Of a stretch of DNA of 64,000 nucleotides, positions 20,017 through 30,349 are shown one piece after another. Numbering within the stretch: the first letter of the stretch is position 1; each line of letters begins with the position of its first letter. The position numbers and the translations under genes are program-made. The notes below the pieces were generated by a model. The model searched no databases and had not been told where the DNA came from. It worked only from the letters and a program-made list of their open reading frames with translations. The DNA comes from an uncultured Eubacteriales bacterium (GTDB taxonomy: Bacteria > Bacillota > Clostridia > Christensenellales > CAG-138), in contig OW818651.1 of the NCBI GenBank assembly GCA_942492885.1, positions 2,306,959-2,370,958 on the forward strand. The letters are read 5' to 3'.

Positions 20017-21708
20017 ATGGACTTTAGACAGGCAATCGCATCCGCCCTCGCAACCCCCGCGGCGCTGCCCGCGGAGGAGCTCGCCACCTGGCTCGAAACC
20101 CCGCCGTCGCCTGACATGGGCGACTATGCCTTCCCCTGCTTCAAACTCGCAAAAACGCTGCGCAAAGCCCCGCCGGTGATCGCGGGCGAGCTTGCCGCGG
20201 CGATCGTGCTGCCCGAAGGCGTGGCAAAGGCCGAAGCCGCGGGCGGATATGTAAACTTCTATCTCGACAAGAGCGCGCAGGCAAAGGCGGTGCTCAGCCG
20301 CGTGTTTGCCGAAGGCGCGCGCTACGGCGGCTCTGAGCTGGGGCAAAAGCGCAATGTCTGCATCGACTATTCCTCGGTCAACATCGCAAAACCGTTCCAC
20401 ATCGGCCATCTGCCGACAACGGTGATCGGCAGTGCGCTGTACCGCATCTATAACCACCTCGGCTTTACGTCCGTGGGCATCAACCACCTCGGCGACTGGG
20501 GCACGCAGTTTGGCAAGATGATCGTGGCCTACAAGCTCTGGGGCGATCACGACACCATCGATCAGGGCGGCGTGGACGAGCTGGTCAAGGTCTATGTACG
20601 CTATCATCAGGAGGTTGTGACAAATCCCACATTGGACGACGAGGCGCGGGCGTGGTTTAAGCGCATCGAGGACGGCGACGCGGAAGCCTTGGAGCTGTTC
20701 GACTGGTTCAAGAAGATCACGCTTGCAGAGGTCGAAGAGGTCTACGCCATCCTCGGCATCCACTTTGACAGCTATGCCGGTGAGAGTTTTTATAACGACA
20801 AGATGGGACGCGTGGTGGACGAGCTAAAGGAGAAAAACCTGCTCAAACTCGATCAGGGCGCGCAGATTGTCGATTTGAGCGACTACAAAATGCCGCCGTG
20901 CATCATCCTGCGCTCCGACGGTGCCACGCTCTACGCCACGCGCGACATCGCCGCCGCGCTCTACCGCAAGGACACCTACGATTTCGCCAAGTGTCTCTAT
21001 GTGGTGGCATATCAGCAGGATCTGCATTTTCGGCAGTGGTTTAAGGTTGTCGAGCTGATGGGCTACGACTGGGCAAAGGATCTCATCCACGTTTCGTTTG
21101 GCATGGTCAGCGGCACGGACGGCGCGTTCTCCACCCGCAAGGGAAATATGGTGAAGCTTAGGGATGTGCTCACCGCCGCCTGCGACAAGACCTATGACAT
21201 CATCCGCGAAAAGAGCCCCGACCTTGAGGACAAGGAGACCATCGCCAAGCAGGTCGGCATCGGCGCGCTGATCTGGAACAGCCTCTACAACGGGCGCATC
21301 AAGGACGTGGTGTTTGACTGGGACGCGGTGCTGAATTTCGACGGCGAAACAGGCCCCTACGCGCAATATACCCACGCGCGCGCTTGCTCGGTATTGAGAA
21401 AGGCGGACTATAAGCCCGCTGAGATCGACTATGGTCAACTAACAGATTCCGAAGCCTCCGCCGTCATCGCGGCGCTTGGCGCATTTCCGGATGCGGTCGT
21501 GGACGCGATGGAGAAAAACGAGCCGTATCTCGTCACCCGCGCCATCATCGCCATCTGCGCGGCGTTCAACAAGTTTTATTATGAGCAGCGGATTATGGCG
21601 GACGTAGCTAGCGTGCGGCAGGCGCGGCTTGCGCTGACCGACGCGACACGCAAAGTCATCGCCATCGGGCTTGGCCTCATCGGAATCGCAGCGCCGGAGC
21701 GCATGTAA
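20017..21708 (+). CDS. argS: arginine--tRNA ligase
   Basis: 563 aa. SSVNIAKPFHIGHL (HIGH region) and the typical C-terminal anticodon-binding DALR-type region ending ...ERM. Confidence 0.95.
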   Translation: MDFRQAIASALATPAALPAEELATWLETPPSPDMGDYAFPCFKLAKTLRKAPPVIAGELAAAIVLPEGVAKAEAAGGYVNFYLDKSAQAKAVLSRVFAEGARYGGSELGQKRNVCIDYSSVNIAKPFHIGHLPTTVIGSALYRIYNHLGFTSVGINHLGDWGTQFGKMIVAYKLWGDHDTIDQGGVDELVKVYVRYHQEVVTNPTLDDEARAWFKRIEDGDAEALELFDWFKKITLAEVEEVYAILGIHFDSYAGESFYNDKMGRVVDELKEKNLLKLDQGAQIVDLSDYKMPPCIILRSDGATLYATRDIAAALYRKDTYDFAKCLYVVAYQQDLHFRQWFKVVELMGYDWAKDLIHVSFGMVSGTDGAFSTRKGNMVKLRDVLTAACDKTYDIIREKSPDLEDKETIAKQVGIGALIWNSLYNGRIKDVVFDWDAVLNFDGETGPYAQYTHARACSVLRKADYKPAEIDYGQLTDSEASAVIAALGAFPDAVVDAMEKNEPYLVTRAIIAICAAFNKFYYEQRIMADVASVRQARLALTDATRKVIAIGLGLIGIAAPERM

Positions 21709-21792
21709 ATTAGATTAACTCAGTATTGACATACTGGGGCTTGCAGCCAGATTGGTAAAGAGAATATTTAGGATTACATACAGGGGGATCGT

Positions 21793-23073
21793 ATGCTGGA
21801 CATCAAGCTTATCCGCACGCAGACGGAGCTGGTAAAAGAGAACATCAAAAAGAAATTTCAGTTTGACAAGCTCACGCTGGTGGACGAAGTGCTCGCGCTC
21901 GACGCCGAGTTTCGCGAGGCGCACACCCGCGCGGACTATCTGCGTTCGCAGAGAAACTCGATCAGCAAATCCATCGGCTCCATGATGGCGAAAGGCCAGA
22001 AGAAAGAGGCGGAAGCCGCCAAGCAGCAGGTCAACGACATGGCGGACGAGATGGCACGGCTGGATGTCCGTGAGACCGAGCTGACCGCGGAAATCCGTAA
22101 GCGCATGCTTGTGATCCCGAACATCATCGATGACTCCGTTCCCATCGGCAAGGACGACTCCGAGAACGTGGAAATCGAGCGTTTTGGCGAACCCGTCGTG
22201 CCGGAATACGAGATTCCCTACCATGTGGACATCATGGAATCGTTCAAGGGCATCGACCTCGACGCCGCCAGAAAGACCAGCGGCAACGGGTTTTACTATC
22301 TTTGCGGCGATATCGCGCTGCTGCAATCCGCAATCCTCGCCTACGCGCGGGATTTCATGGTGGATCGCGGCTTTACCTATTACATTCCCCCGTTCATGAT
22401 CCGCAGCGGTGTGGTCACCGGGGTCATGAGCTTTGCCGAGATGGAAGGCATGATGTACAAGATCGAGGGAGAGGATCTCTACTTGATCGGCACCAGCGAG
22501 CACTCCATGATCGGCAAATTCATCGACACGTTCCTCGAAGAAGGCGAGCTGCCGCAGAAACTGACCAGCTATTCGCCCTGCTTTAGAAAAGAAGTCGGCG
22601 CGCACGGCATCGAGGAGCGCGGCGTTTACCGCATCCATCAGTTTGAAAAGCAGGAGATGATCGTCGTCTGCAAACCCGAGGAGAGCATGGCGTGGTTTGA
22701 AACTTTGCTCAAGAACACCATTGAATTCTTCCGCACGCTGGATATCCCCGTGCGCTCGCTGGAGTGCTGCTCCGGCGATCTTGCCGACCTCAAGGTCAAG
22801 AGCATGGACGTCGAAGCCTGGTCCCCGCGCCAGAAGAAATATTTCGAGGTGGGCAGCTGCTCCAATCTTGGCGATGCGCAGGCGCGCCGCCTCGGCATCC
22901 GCGTGAAAAACAAGGAGACGGGCAACTATTTCCCGCATACGCTCAACAACACGGTGGTGGCTCCCCCGCGCATGCTGATCGCGTTTCTTGAAAACAACCT
23001 GCGCGCGGACGGCAGCGTTGCAATCCCCGCAGCATTGAGACCGTATTTCAGGAATAAGACGGAGATTCGGTAA
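21793..23073 (+). CDS. serS: serine--tRNA ligase
   Basis: 426 aa. MLDIKLIR start, N-terminal coiled-coil arm, class-II core motifs (FRKEVGAHG, TLNNT). Confidence 0.95.
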   Translation: MLDIKLIRTQTELVKENIKKKFQFDKLTLVDEVLALDAEFREAHTRADYLRSQRNSISKSIGSMMAKGQKKEAEAAKQQVNDMADEMARLDVRETELTAEIRKRMLVIPNIIDDSVPIGKDDSENVEIERFGEPVVPEYEIPYHVDIMESFKGIDLDAARKTSGNGFYYLCGDIALLQSAILAYARDFMVDRGFTYYIPPFMIRSGVVTGVMSFAEMEGMMYKIEGEDLYLIGTSEHSMIGKFIDTFLEEGELPQKLTSYSPCFRKEVGAHGIEERGVYRIHQFEKQEMIVVCKPEESMAWFETLLKNTIEFFRTLDIPVRSLECCSGDLADLKVKSMDVEAWSPRQKKYFEVGSCSNLGDAQARRLGIRVKNKETGNYFPHTLNNTVVAPPRMLIAFLENNLRADGSVAIPAALRPYFRNKTEIR

Positions 23074-23203
23074 GTACTCTTCTTTCTTAAAAGAAAGAAG
23101 CAAAGAATTTTTAAGAAAAAAGTATCGTTTTACATAGCATTTGAGAATAAAAAACAAAGGCGGGAGAATTTCTCTCGCTTTTGTGTAACAGGAGGCAAGG
23201 AAG

Positions 23204-23998
23204 ATGGATTTTGAAACGCTGAAGCTGATCCAAAACGAAGCGGAACGAACCGCCGCAACCTACGAAATCTTCAATGAGGACTCCCGCCTCAACCGCAGCA
23301 AAGCCGCACGGGTGGAGTTCATCACCACCGTGCGCGCCATCGAATCCGTCCTCAAGCCCGGCGCGCGTATCCTCGACATAGGCGCAGGCGCGGGAGAATA
23401 CAGCCTGTATTTTGCCAAGCAGGGCTACGACGTCACCGCCGTGGAACTTTCGCCCGCAAATATCGCGGCATTTGAGAAAAAGATCACGCAGGAGCATCCC
23501 GTGCGGCTTTTGCAGGGCAACGCGCTGGATTTATCGATGTTTGCGGACGCGAGCTTCGACGTGGTGCTGTTGATGGGACCGCTGTATCACCTGTCGTCTT
23601 CCGACGACCGTGACCGCACGATTGCCGAAGCCAAGCGCGTCTGCGTAAAGGACGGCGTAATCTTCTTCGCGTTCATCTCCAACGATATGGTGGTGCTGAC
23701 GGAGCTGTCCTATCGCCCGCAGTTCTTTTCGGAGAACACCTACGATCATGACTCGTTCAAGGTCGAGGATTTTCCGTTTGTGTTCTTCACACTGGATCAA
23801 ATGCGCGAGATGCTCGCGAGAAATGGCGTCACCATCCGGCGCGAAATCGCCGCAGACGGCGTGAGCGAATTGATGGAAGATGCAATCAATACGCTGAGCG
23901 AAGAAGATTACGCGCAATATGTGCGCTATCACCTCTATTGTTCGGAAAAGCCGGAGATGCTGGGCAGAAGCAGCCATCTGTTGTTTGTGGGAAGATGA
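23204..23998 (+). CDS. class I SAM-dependent methyltransferase
   Basis: Motif I ILDIGAGAGEYS, followed by an acidic residue at the end of beta-2 (VTAVELS). Confidence 0.8.
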   Translation: MDFETLKLIQNEAERTAATYEIFNEDSRLNRSKAARVEFITTVRAIESVLKPGARILDIGAGAGEYSLYFAKQGYDVTAVELSPANIAAFEKKITQEHPVRLLQGNALDLSMFADASFDVVLLMGPLYHLSSSDDRDRTIAEAKRVCVKDGVIFFAFISNDMVVLTELSYRPQFFSENTYDHDSFKVEDFPFVFFTLDQMREMLARNGVTIRREIAADGVSELMEDAINTLSEEDYAQYVRYHLYCSEKPEMLGRSSHLLFVGR

Positions 23999-24027
23999 AC
24001 GGGGGCTTTGACGAGAGTTTTGATGGC

Positions 24028-24158
24028 GGGCGGATGGTATCCGCCCCTACAGAACCCGCGTTGTACGGCGGGTGAACTTGTGAAAGAGAATACAGAAACG
24101 ATCACGACGTTTGGTGAAGCATCCACGCAAGCTTTGTAGGGGCGGATATCATCCGCCC
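24028..24158. repeat. inverted pair of REP-like GC hairpin elements
   Basis: GGGCGGATGGTATCCGCCCCTACA (24028-24051) and its near-reverse-complement TGTAGGGGCGGATATCATCCGCCC (24135-24158). Each copy is itself a hairpin. Confidence 0.8.
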
Positions 24159-24258
24159 GTGCCAAAACACCTGCAGCCAAATGGGTTTATCGCGGGAGAA
24201 CACCCGCATCCATCGTTCGTATCCTTGCCCGTCCGCGCCATCTTAAAGAGATCACCAA

Positions 24259-25191
24259 CTATTTCTCATACAACCCCGCCATATCCGCAATTCTCCGCCT
24301 CATCTCCGCGCGTACATGCTCCGGCTCTAAACACTCACATTTATCGCCGAAACTGAGCAAGAATCCATAGTAATAGTCGTTCTCGATGAGCGGATAGCGT
24401 ACGATATAGTGTTCCTTGCCGTCCGCCGAAATGTCTTCGTCGTTGCAGTAGTCCAGCACGCGCTCCAAGATGGATTTGTGGATGCGGAGGATGATCTCCA
24501 TCTGCATCTTCGCCGTGAGATCGGAAGCATCAAGCTCCGGTTTCGGATGTTCCCTTGGAGAAAAAGTTTCCTCCAATAGTTTTAGGTTGGATGTGCGGGA
24601 GAGCTTGAACAGCCGAAAGTCGTTTCGTGTGTGGCAATACCCTTGCCAATACCACTGGCTGCCTTTTATGACGAGTTGATACGGCTCGGCGACGCGCGGG
24701 ATTCTGTTGCCGGCGCGGTCAAGATAGGTAAACGAGAGCAGTTTATGCTCCTGCAACGCCTGTTTGATCAACTCCAAATGCGGCTGCGCATTCCGGTTGC
24801 CCGACCACGGGCTTAGATCGATCGTGATTTGACCCGTCAGCAGCTCGATTTCCTTTGCACGCTCGGCGGGGATAAAGCTCTTGACCTTGGCAAGGGCGCT
24901 GACCAGCTCGTCGCCGCGCATCATGTTGGAAAGGCTGGACAATCCCATCAGGATCACGGAAAGGTCGGCAGTCGAAAAGACTTTTTTGTCGATCTTATAT
25001 TGCTCCATGATCTCAAACCCGCCGCCGACGCCGGACGTCGCGCGAACGGGAATCCCCGCCATGTTGATGGAGTCGATGTCACGGTAGATCGTGCGCGGAG
25101 AAACTTCAAACATGTCCGCGAGCTCCTGCGCGCCGATGCGTTCTTTTTCCAATAGAAGCAGTATGATGCTGACCAGCCTGTCGATCTTCAT
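24259..25191 (-). CDS. HTH/WYL-domain transcriptional regulator (YafY-like)
   Basis: N-terminal MKIDRLVSIILLLLEKERIGAQELADMFEVSPRTIYRDI HTH and a central WYL-type region (QWYWQGYC). ATG 25191 follows an AGGAGG RBS. Confidence 0.8.
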   Translation of the reverse strand: MKIDRLVSIILLLLEKERIGAQELADMFEVSPRTIYRDIDSINMAGIPVRATSGVGGGFEIMEQYKIDKKVFSTADLSVILMGLSSLSNMMRGDELVSALAKVKSFIPAERAKEIELLTGQITIDLSPWSGNRNAQPHLELIKQALQEHKLLSFTYLDRAGNRIPRVAEPYQLVIKGSQWYWQGYCHTRNDFRLFKLSRTSNLKLLEETFSPREHPKPELDASDLTAKMQMEIILRIHKSILERVLDYCNDEDISADGKEHYIVRYPLIENDYYYGFLLSFGDKCECLEPEHVRAEMRRRIADMAGLYEK

Positions 25192-25308
25192 CCGACTGCC
25201 TCCTTTCAAACTTTTCTTGATTGTAGCATAGAATGTTGCCATAGGGATGTCAACAATTGCTGCTAGACTAAAGACAAACAATGGATCTACCCGTCAGGAG
25301 GAGAGTGT

Positions 25309-25794
25309 ATGCAAAACAAAGCGTTGGTGATCATCGACATTCAAAACGATATCACAAAGAACTACAAAGAAATCATCGGCAATATCAACACCGCGATTGA
25401 TTGGGCGGTAAAACAGGATATTCACATCGTCTACATCCGGCACGAGAATCTTTCCGCCGGAACGCGGACGTTTAAGCCCGATACGCGCGGGTTTGAGTTG
25501 GTGCCGGATCTGAACCTTGTGTCGGAAAACATCTTTACCAAGAGCAAGGGCAACGCGCTGACCAGCGAAGCATTTGCTGAATTTGTTCGCGCAAATGAGA
25601 TAAGCGAGTTCTATATCACAGGAGCGGATGCGGTTGCGTGCGTCAAGTCAACCGTCTTTAACCTGCGGCAGGAAGGCTATAATGTTCATGTGCTGTCAGA
25701 CTGCATCACGAGCTATGACAAGCGAAAGATAGACGAGATGCTGCGTTATTATGAAAGCAAGGGCTGTGAGATTATAACTCTCGATCAACTGTAA
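25309..25794 (+). CDS. isochorismatase-family cysteine hydrolase
   Basis: ALVIIDIQNDI start, ITGADAVACV with the catalytic Cys position. 161 aa. Confidence 0.8.
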   Translation: MQNKALVIIDIQNDITKNYKEIIGNINTAIDWAVKQDIHIVYIRHENLSAGTRTFKPDTRGFELVPDLNLVSENIFTKSKGNALTSEAFAEFVRANEISEFYITGADAVACVKSTVFNLRQEGYNVHVLSDCITSYDKRKIDEMLRYYESKGCEIITLDQL

Positions 25795-25807
25795 GCCAAT
25801 CTATCGC

Positions 25808-25840
25808 AAAAAAAAGGAACTGCTGACGCAGTTCCTTTTC
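25808..25840. terminator. bidirectional terminator
   Basis: GGAACTGC (25816-25823) / loop TGAC / GCAGTTCC (25828-25835), flanked by an A-run and a T-run, between convergent genes. Confidence 0.8.
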
Positions 25841-25857
25841 GAGTGACTTTCGTGAAA

Positions 25858-26799
25858 TCAACCCGCGGGTTGTTCCGTCGTGGTGTCGGTCGTGGTGTCG
25901 CCAGCCGCCGCTTCGTCGAGCTTGGCTTCTGCACCGCCTGCGCATGTGTCGCAGGGATCCCAACGGTTGGCTGCAAATGCGTCGTCCAGAGAACCGGCAT
26001 ACAGCGTGCCGCCTTCGGAAGCGGGGGTTTTGTCCACGATGTACGGGCAGTTGCGGTCAAAGTGATAGCTCTTTCCGAACTTTGTCCAGTAGACTTCGCC
26101 GACGGCTTCCGCCTGCGCTTCTTCCTGAAGCTGCTGCACTTCCGCTTCGGTGGGCTGCTGATAATCCACCGATGCAGCGCCCGCGCTGAGGAACAGCGCC
26201 GCAAGAATCGCGATCAAAATCGTTTTGGTCTTTTTGTTAAGCTTGTCGGATTTGGCAAGCAGGAAGATGCCGATGGGCAGGAAGCACACGAGCACCATGA
26301 TCACGCCAAGCTGGTGCCAGAGCGTACGCACGAGCTTGCTGTCCGAAAGATTCGGGCGGATCCGGTTTGCCTTCTTCCAGAGCTGCGCCGCGACGATACA
26401 GAAGATCGCGTCGAGCACCAGCGCGCCGACCAGAAGCTGCATTTCGATATCTGCAAAGGTCAGAGCCTGATTGCGCATGGCATAGCTAAACGCAAAGAAT
26501 GCGCCGACCTCCGCCGCAATTGCCAGAACCCAGAGGATAATCGCGCCGATGCGCAGGCCCTTGACGGAACCCTTGCCGCCGGAAGCGGGGGCTTCATCCA
26601 CAGTCTCTTCCACGGATTCAACGACTTCTTCCACTTCCTCTGCCTTGACGGGCGCCTTCTTCGGCGCGGCCTTGGCGGGAGCGGATTTGGCAGGAGCGGA
26701 CTTGGATGCGGCTCCTTTTGCCTGCGCGGCTTTCTTCGCAGCAGCGGCCTTCTTTGCTGCCTCTGCTTTTGCCGCGTCGGAAACGGTCTTCTTTTCCAT
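25858..26799 (-). CDS. membrane protein with Lys/Ala-rich N-terminal tail and Cys-containing C-terminal domain
   Basis: N-terminus AAKAEAAKKAAAAKKAAQAKGAASKSAPAKSAPAKAAPKKAP, four hydrophobic segments, and a C-terminal domain with CPYI...CDTC. Confidence 0.6.
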   Translation of the reverse strand: MEKKTVSDAAKAEAAKKAAAAKKAAQAKGAASKSAPAKSAPAKAAPKKAPVKAEEVEEVVESVEETVDEAPASGGKGSVKGLRIGAIILWVLAIAAEVGAFFAFSYAMRNQALTFADIEMQLLVGALVLDAIFCIVAAQLWKKANRIRPNLSDSKLVRTLWHQLGVIMVLVCFLPIGIFLLAKSDKLNKKTKTILIAILAALFLSAGAASVDYQQPTEAEVQQLQEEAQAEAVGEVYWTKFGKSYHFDRNCPYIVDKTPASEGGTLYAGSLDDAFAANRWDPCDTCAGGAEAKLDEAAAGDTTTDTTTEQPAG

Positions 26800-27025
26800 A
26801 GATTACCTCCACGATTCAAACTAGTAATATATCACAGTATAACAATAACAAAAATCGTTTGCAAGAACTCCACAAACACGAAAGAGGATTCTCTGGCGCG
26901 AGAAACGCCTTACTGATATAATAGAGGCGCACCACGCGCACGGTCTGCACGAAATCGGGCACAACACAGCGCGGCGGATGCGCTTTTTTTGACACACATC
27001 GGAATAGGAGCGAAAAAACCACACC

Positions 27026-28207
27026 ATGTTGAACTTTGAATTTTATTCTCCGACGCGCCTGATCTTCGGCAAGGGCACGGCGGATCAAATCGGCGACCAG
27101 ATCGCGCCGCTGGCAAAAAAGGTGCTTGTGCACTATGGCAGCGACCGCGTGGTGAAAACGGGACTGCTCAAGCGGGTGACGGATTCTCTCACCGCAAGCG
27201 GGGTGTCGTTTGTGACCCTCGGCGGCGTGATTCCGAATCCGGACGTGGAGCTTGTGCGCACGGGCATCGCGCTTGCCAAAGCGGAAAAAGTCGAGCTCGT
27301 GCTCTGCGTGGGCGGCGGCTCGGTCATCGACTCCGGCAAGGGCATTGCGTTGGGACTGAAAAACCCGGATCTCGACATTTGGGACATCTACGAAAAGCAG
27401 CTCAAGACCACAAGCGCTTTGCCGGTCGCTTGCCTGTTAACCTTCCCGGCGGCGGGATCGGAAGCAAGCAACAGCGCGGTGCTGAGCAACTATAAGACGC
27501 AGAAAAAATGCGGATACAACTGCGAATGGAATCGTCCCGTGCTCTCGGTGATCGATCCTTCGCTGTTTGAGACCATTCCGAAATTCCAGATCGCGGCGGG
27601 TGTTGCGGACATGATGAGCCACATCTTCGAGCGGTATTTTTCGAACACCGAACACACGGAACTTTCCGACGCGTTGAGCGAAGCAACGTTGCGAACGCTG
27701 CTCACCTTCGGCGAAAAGGTTGTGAACAACCCCGCGGACTACGATGCGTGGTGTCAGGTCGCGCTCAGCGGCACGATTGCGCACAACAATATGCTGGGTG
27801 TGGGTCGTGAACAGGACTGGGCTTGCCACAAGCTGAGCCACGAGCTCACCGCGCGCTTCGGCGTCACGCACGGCGCGGGACTAGCGATTTTAACCCCCGC
27901 GTGGATGCGCTATGTCTGGCGCGTGAACCCCAAGCGGTTCTACAACTTCGCCGTTCGCATCATGGGGCAGGAGGACGAGCCAAAGGCCGTCGCCGCCACC
28001 ATCGAGAGCGGCATCTCCTCGCTGGATACGTTCTATTCGCGCCTCGGCCTGCCCGGCAGGCTTGTGAAGCTCGGCGTCGATCCCGCGCAGATAGCGGACA
28101 TGGCGCGGGTGGTCACCCATGCGCCGGACGGCAGCGAGCGCCCCGTCGGCGGCTTGAAGAAGATCTACGAAGCCGACGCAAAGGTGATCTACGAGAGAGC
28201 GATTTGA
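27026..28207 (+). CDS. iron-containing (group III) alcohol dehydrogenase
   Basis: 393 aa. GGGSVIDSGK glycine motif and His-rich metal site (HxxxH: HKLSHELTARFGVTHG). Confidence 0.9.
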   Translation: MLNFEFYSPTRLIFGKGTADQIGDQIAPLAKKVLVHYGSDRVVKTGLLKRVTDSLTASGVSFVTLGGVIPNPDVELVRTGIALAKAEKVELVLCVGGGSVIDSGKGIALGLKNPDLDIWDIYEKQLKTTSALPVACLLTFPAAGSEASNSAVLSNYKTQKKCGYNCEWNRPVLSVIDPSLFETIPKFQIAAGVADMMSHIFERYFSNTEHTELSDALSEATLRTLLTFGEKVVNNPADYDAWCQVALSGTIAHNNMLGVGREQDWACHKLSHELTARFGVTHGAGLAILTPAWMRYVWRVNPKRFYNFAVRIMGQEDEPKAVAATIESGISSLDTFYSRLGLPGRLVKLGVDPAQIADMARVVTHAPDGSERPVGGLKKIYEADAKVIYERAI

Positions 28208-28218
28208 TTTTTTGCATA

Positions 28219-28249
28219 TAAAAAAGAGAGGCATTGCCTCTCTTTTTTA
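28219..28249. terminator. bidirectional terminator
   Basis: GAGAGGC (28226-28232) / ATT / GCCTCTC (28236-28242), flanked by A6 and T6 runs. Confidence 0.8.
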
Positions 28250-28261
28250 TATGTTGTTTTG

Positions 28262-29596
28262 TTATTTCCCCGCCAGCCGTTTGATCGCCTCGGCGATGAG
28301 TTGCGTGTCAAAGCGGAAGCCCTCCACGCGGCAGGATTCGTCAGGCATATGCGCCTGTGCGGGTTCGCCCTCCGGCTCTACGCCGAACGCCACCGCGTTT
28401 TCAAACGAGCGTGCATAGGTGCCGCCGCCGATGGAGAGCGGCTTTGCCTTTTTGCCTGTGGCTTCGCTGTAGATGTCCAGCAGCACATTCACCAGTTCGC
28501 AATTGGGGTCGATATAGTGCCCCTTGGAGATTTTCTCGTGGATGCGCGTAAAGCCGATCTGCGCGAATTTCTCATCCTCAGCCGCCAGAAGCTGCTCGGG
28601 TGAGACGCTGAAGGGGAAGCGGCAGTCCAGCGTAATGGTGACGGAATCTTCCGTCCACTCGATCATGTTGGGCGAGAGCGTTAGCCTGCCGGATTCGTCC
28701 GACTTGTCGAGCCCGAAGGCTTCGCCGTGCTGGTCAAACGCCAGGAGCGCGGCAAGAGACGACGCGGTTGCGAGGGCTTCCGCGTTCAGCGGCTGTTCCT
28801 TGAGCGCGTCTAAAAGCGCCAGCAGCGCGTTCTGCGCGTCCTGCGGGGTGGAAGCGTGCCCGCTCCTGCCCACGGCGCGGAGTTCGCCGTCCTTGCCGCT
28901 GAGCAGCATGCCGTGCTTTGCGTCCACGGGTTCGGGCGTAAAGGGCAGATAGGCCACCGCCTCGCCGGGGATGACGTTCGGCGCGGTGCCGCAGGAGATG
29001 CGGACTTCGCTGCCGGAAAGTTTTTTTGTATACGTAGTTTGTCCGATGTTCTTTTCGGAGTTGATGACGGGATACTGCCCGTCCGGCGTGAAGGCCAGCG
29101 TCGGGTTCGGCTCGGTCTTCTTATAGCGATCGACGCAGCTCCAGCCGCGTTCTTCGTCGCAGCCTAAAAAGATGCGCACGCGGCGCTTGAGCGGAACGCC
29201 CGCCTCTTTGATGGCGCGGAGGGCAAATAGCGACGAGATCGCGGGGCCTTTGTCGTCCTGCACACCGCGGCCAATGAGTTTTCCGTCCTTTTGCGTGAGG
29301 GTGAAGGGATCGCTGCTCCAGCCGTTACCAGCGGGAACCACGTCCAGATGCGCCATGATCATGAGCATCTCGTCGCCCTCGCCATAGTCGACCACGCCGC
29401 AATAGCCGTCGAGCGACTGGGCGGAGAAGCCCATTTCGCGCGCAAGACCGAGCGTGTAGGTCAGCGCGTTGTGGATATGCCGTCCCAACGGCATGCCCTC
29501 TTCGGGCTCGCCCTGGGAAACGCTCGGAAATGCGATGAGTGTTCCCAGCGCGGTGAGTTGTTCGTCAAAATGCTGATCGATCAGGGATTTATACAT
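28262..29596 (-). CDS. M20 family dipeptidase (PepV/Sapep-like)
   Basis: [18 protein letters not shown]...[13 protein letters not shown] 29596 follows GGAGG. The track start at 29641 was not used. Confidence 0.85.
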   Translation of the reverse strand: MYKSLIDQHFDEQLTALGTLIAFPSVSQGEPEEGMPLGRHIHNALTYTLGLAREMGFSAQSLDGYCGVVDYGEGDEMLMIMAHLDVVPAGNGWSSDPFTLTQKDGKLIGRGVQDDKGPAISSLFALRAIKEAGVPLKRRVRIFLGCDEERGWSCVDRYKKTEPNPTLAFTPDGQYPVINSEKNIGQTTYTKKLSGSEVRISCGTAPNVIPGEAVAYLPFTPEPVDAKHGMLLSGKDGELRAVGRSGHASTPQDAQNALLALLDALKEQPLNAEALATASSLAALLAFDQHGEAFGLDKSDESGRLTLSPNMIEWTEDSVTITLDCRFPFSVSPEQLLAAEDEKFAQIGFTRIHEKISKGHYIDPNCELVNVLLDIYSEATGKKAKPLSIGGGTYARSFENAVAFGVEPEGEPAQAHMPDESCRVEGFRFDTQLIAEAIKRLAGK

Positions 29597-29739
29597 GGTT
29601 TTGCCTCCATAGCATGCGCCGTCTGCGCGGATACGCTCCATCTATCATACCCACCGCGCCGGGAAAAATCAAGCCGCGCGCATGCATAGCGGTATGTTTC
29701 GGGTTGACTTTTATGCGCGGGATTGTTACCCTTTTGGGC

Positions 29740-30183
29740 ATGGAACAACAAGACAAGAACTTCACACAGACACTCCCATGCGGAGACACGCTCACCATCG
29801 CACCGGATCGGGACGCGGCGCACGCGGCAAACGCGCGCGGCGAGATTGCGGTCTATGACGACCGCCACACCGAAAACCCGTCGTTTCGGATTTTCGACTC
29901 CTACCGCATCCGCAAAAACAGCGTCAAGCGGGAGGTGATTCGCGCTATGATCGCCTACAGCGAAGCAAACCCAAGCCAGATCAAGTGGCAGCGGACGGAA
30001 CACTCGCTCGTGCTGGAGTGGCTGGAGCACAACTTCGCCTACCGCGTGGGTTTTTTGCGCAGCCGCGCTGCAAACGTCGACCTTGACAACCACGCGGAGG
30101 GCAAGGGCGCGCTGGGGTATTTTATCAAGAGCGCGTGGGAAGTTGTGTTGGGGTATTTGAAGCCTGAGAAAAAACAGAAATAA
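29740..30183 (+). CDS. hypothetical protein
   Basis: ORF with internal ATG at 29740 (MEQQDKNF...). No recognisable motifs. Followed by the hairpin AAGACGGATTGCCGTCTT plus a T-run. Confidence 0.4.
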   Translation: MEQQDKNFTQTLPCGDTLTIAPDRDAAHAANARGEIAVYDDRHTENPSFRIFDSYRIRKNSVKREVIRAMIAYSEANPSQIKWQRTEHSLVLEWLEHNFAYRVGFLRSRAANVDLDNHAEGKGALGYFIKSAWEVVLGYLKPEKKQK

Positions 30184-30349
30184 AAAATCGCGCAAGTATT
30201 CAAAAAGACGGATTGCCGTCTTTTTTTGTGTCTTCAAGAACAGAAAAGTTATAGAAAATTATTTTTTAATAGCCCTTGATTCTAATTTTTAATGCCTTTA
30301 CGCTGTGTCTCAGGGATATCCTTGAAAACAAAACAGGAGAAAAGATATT

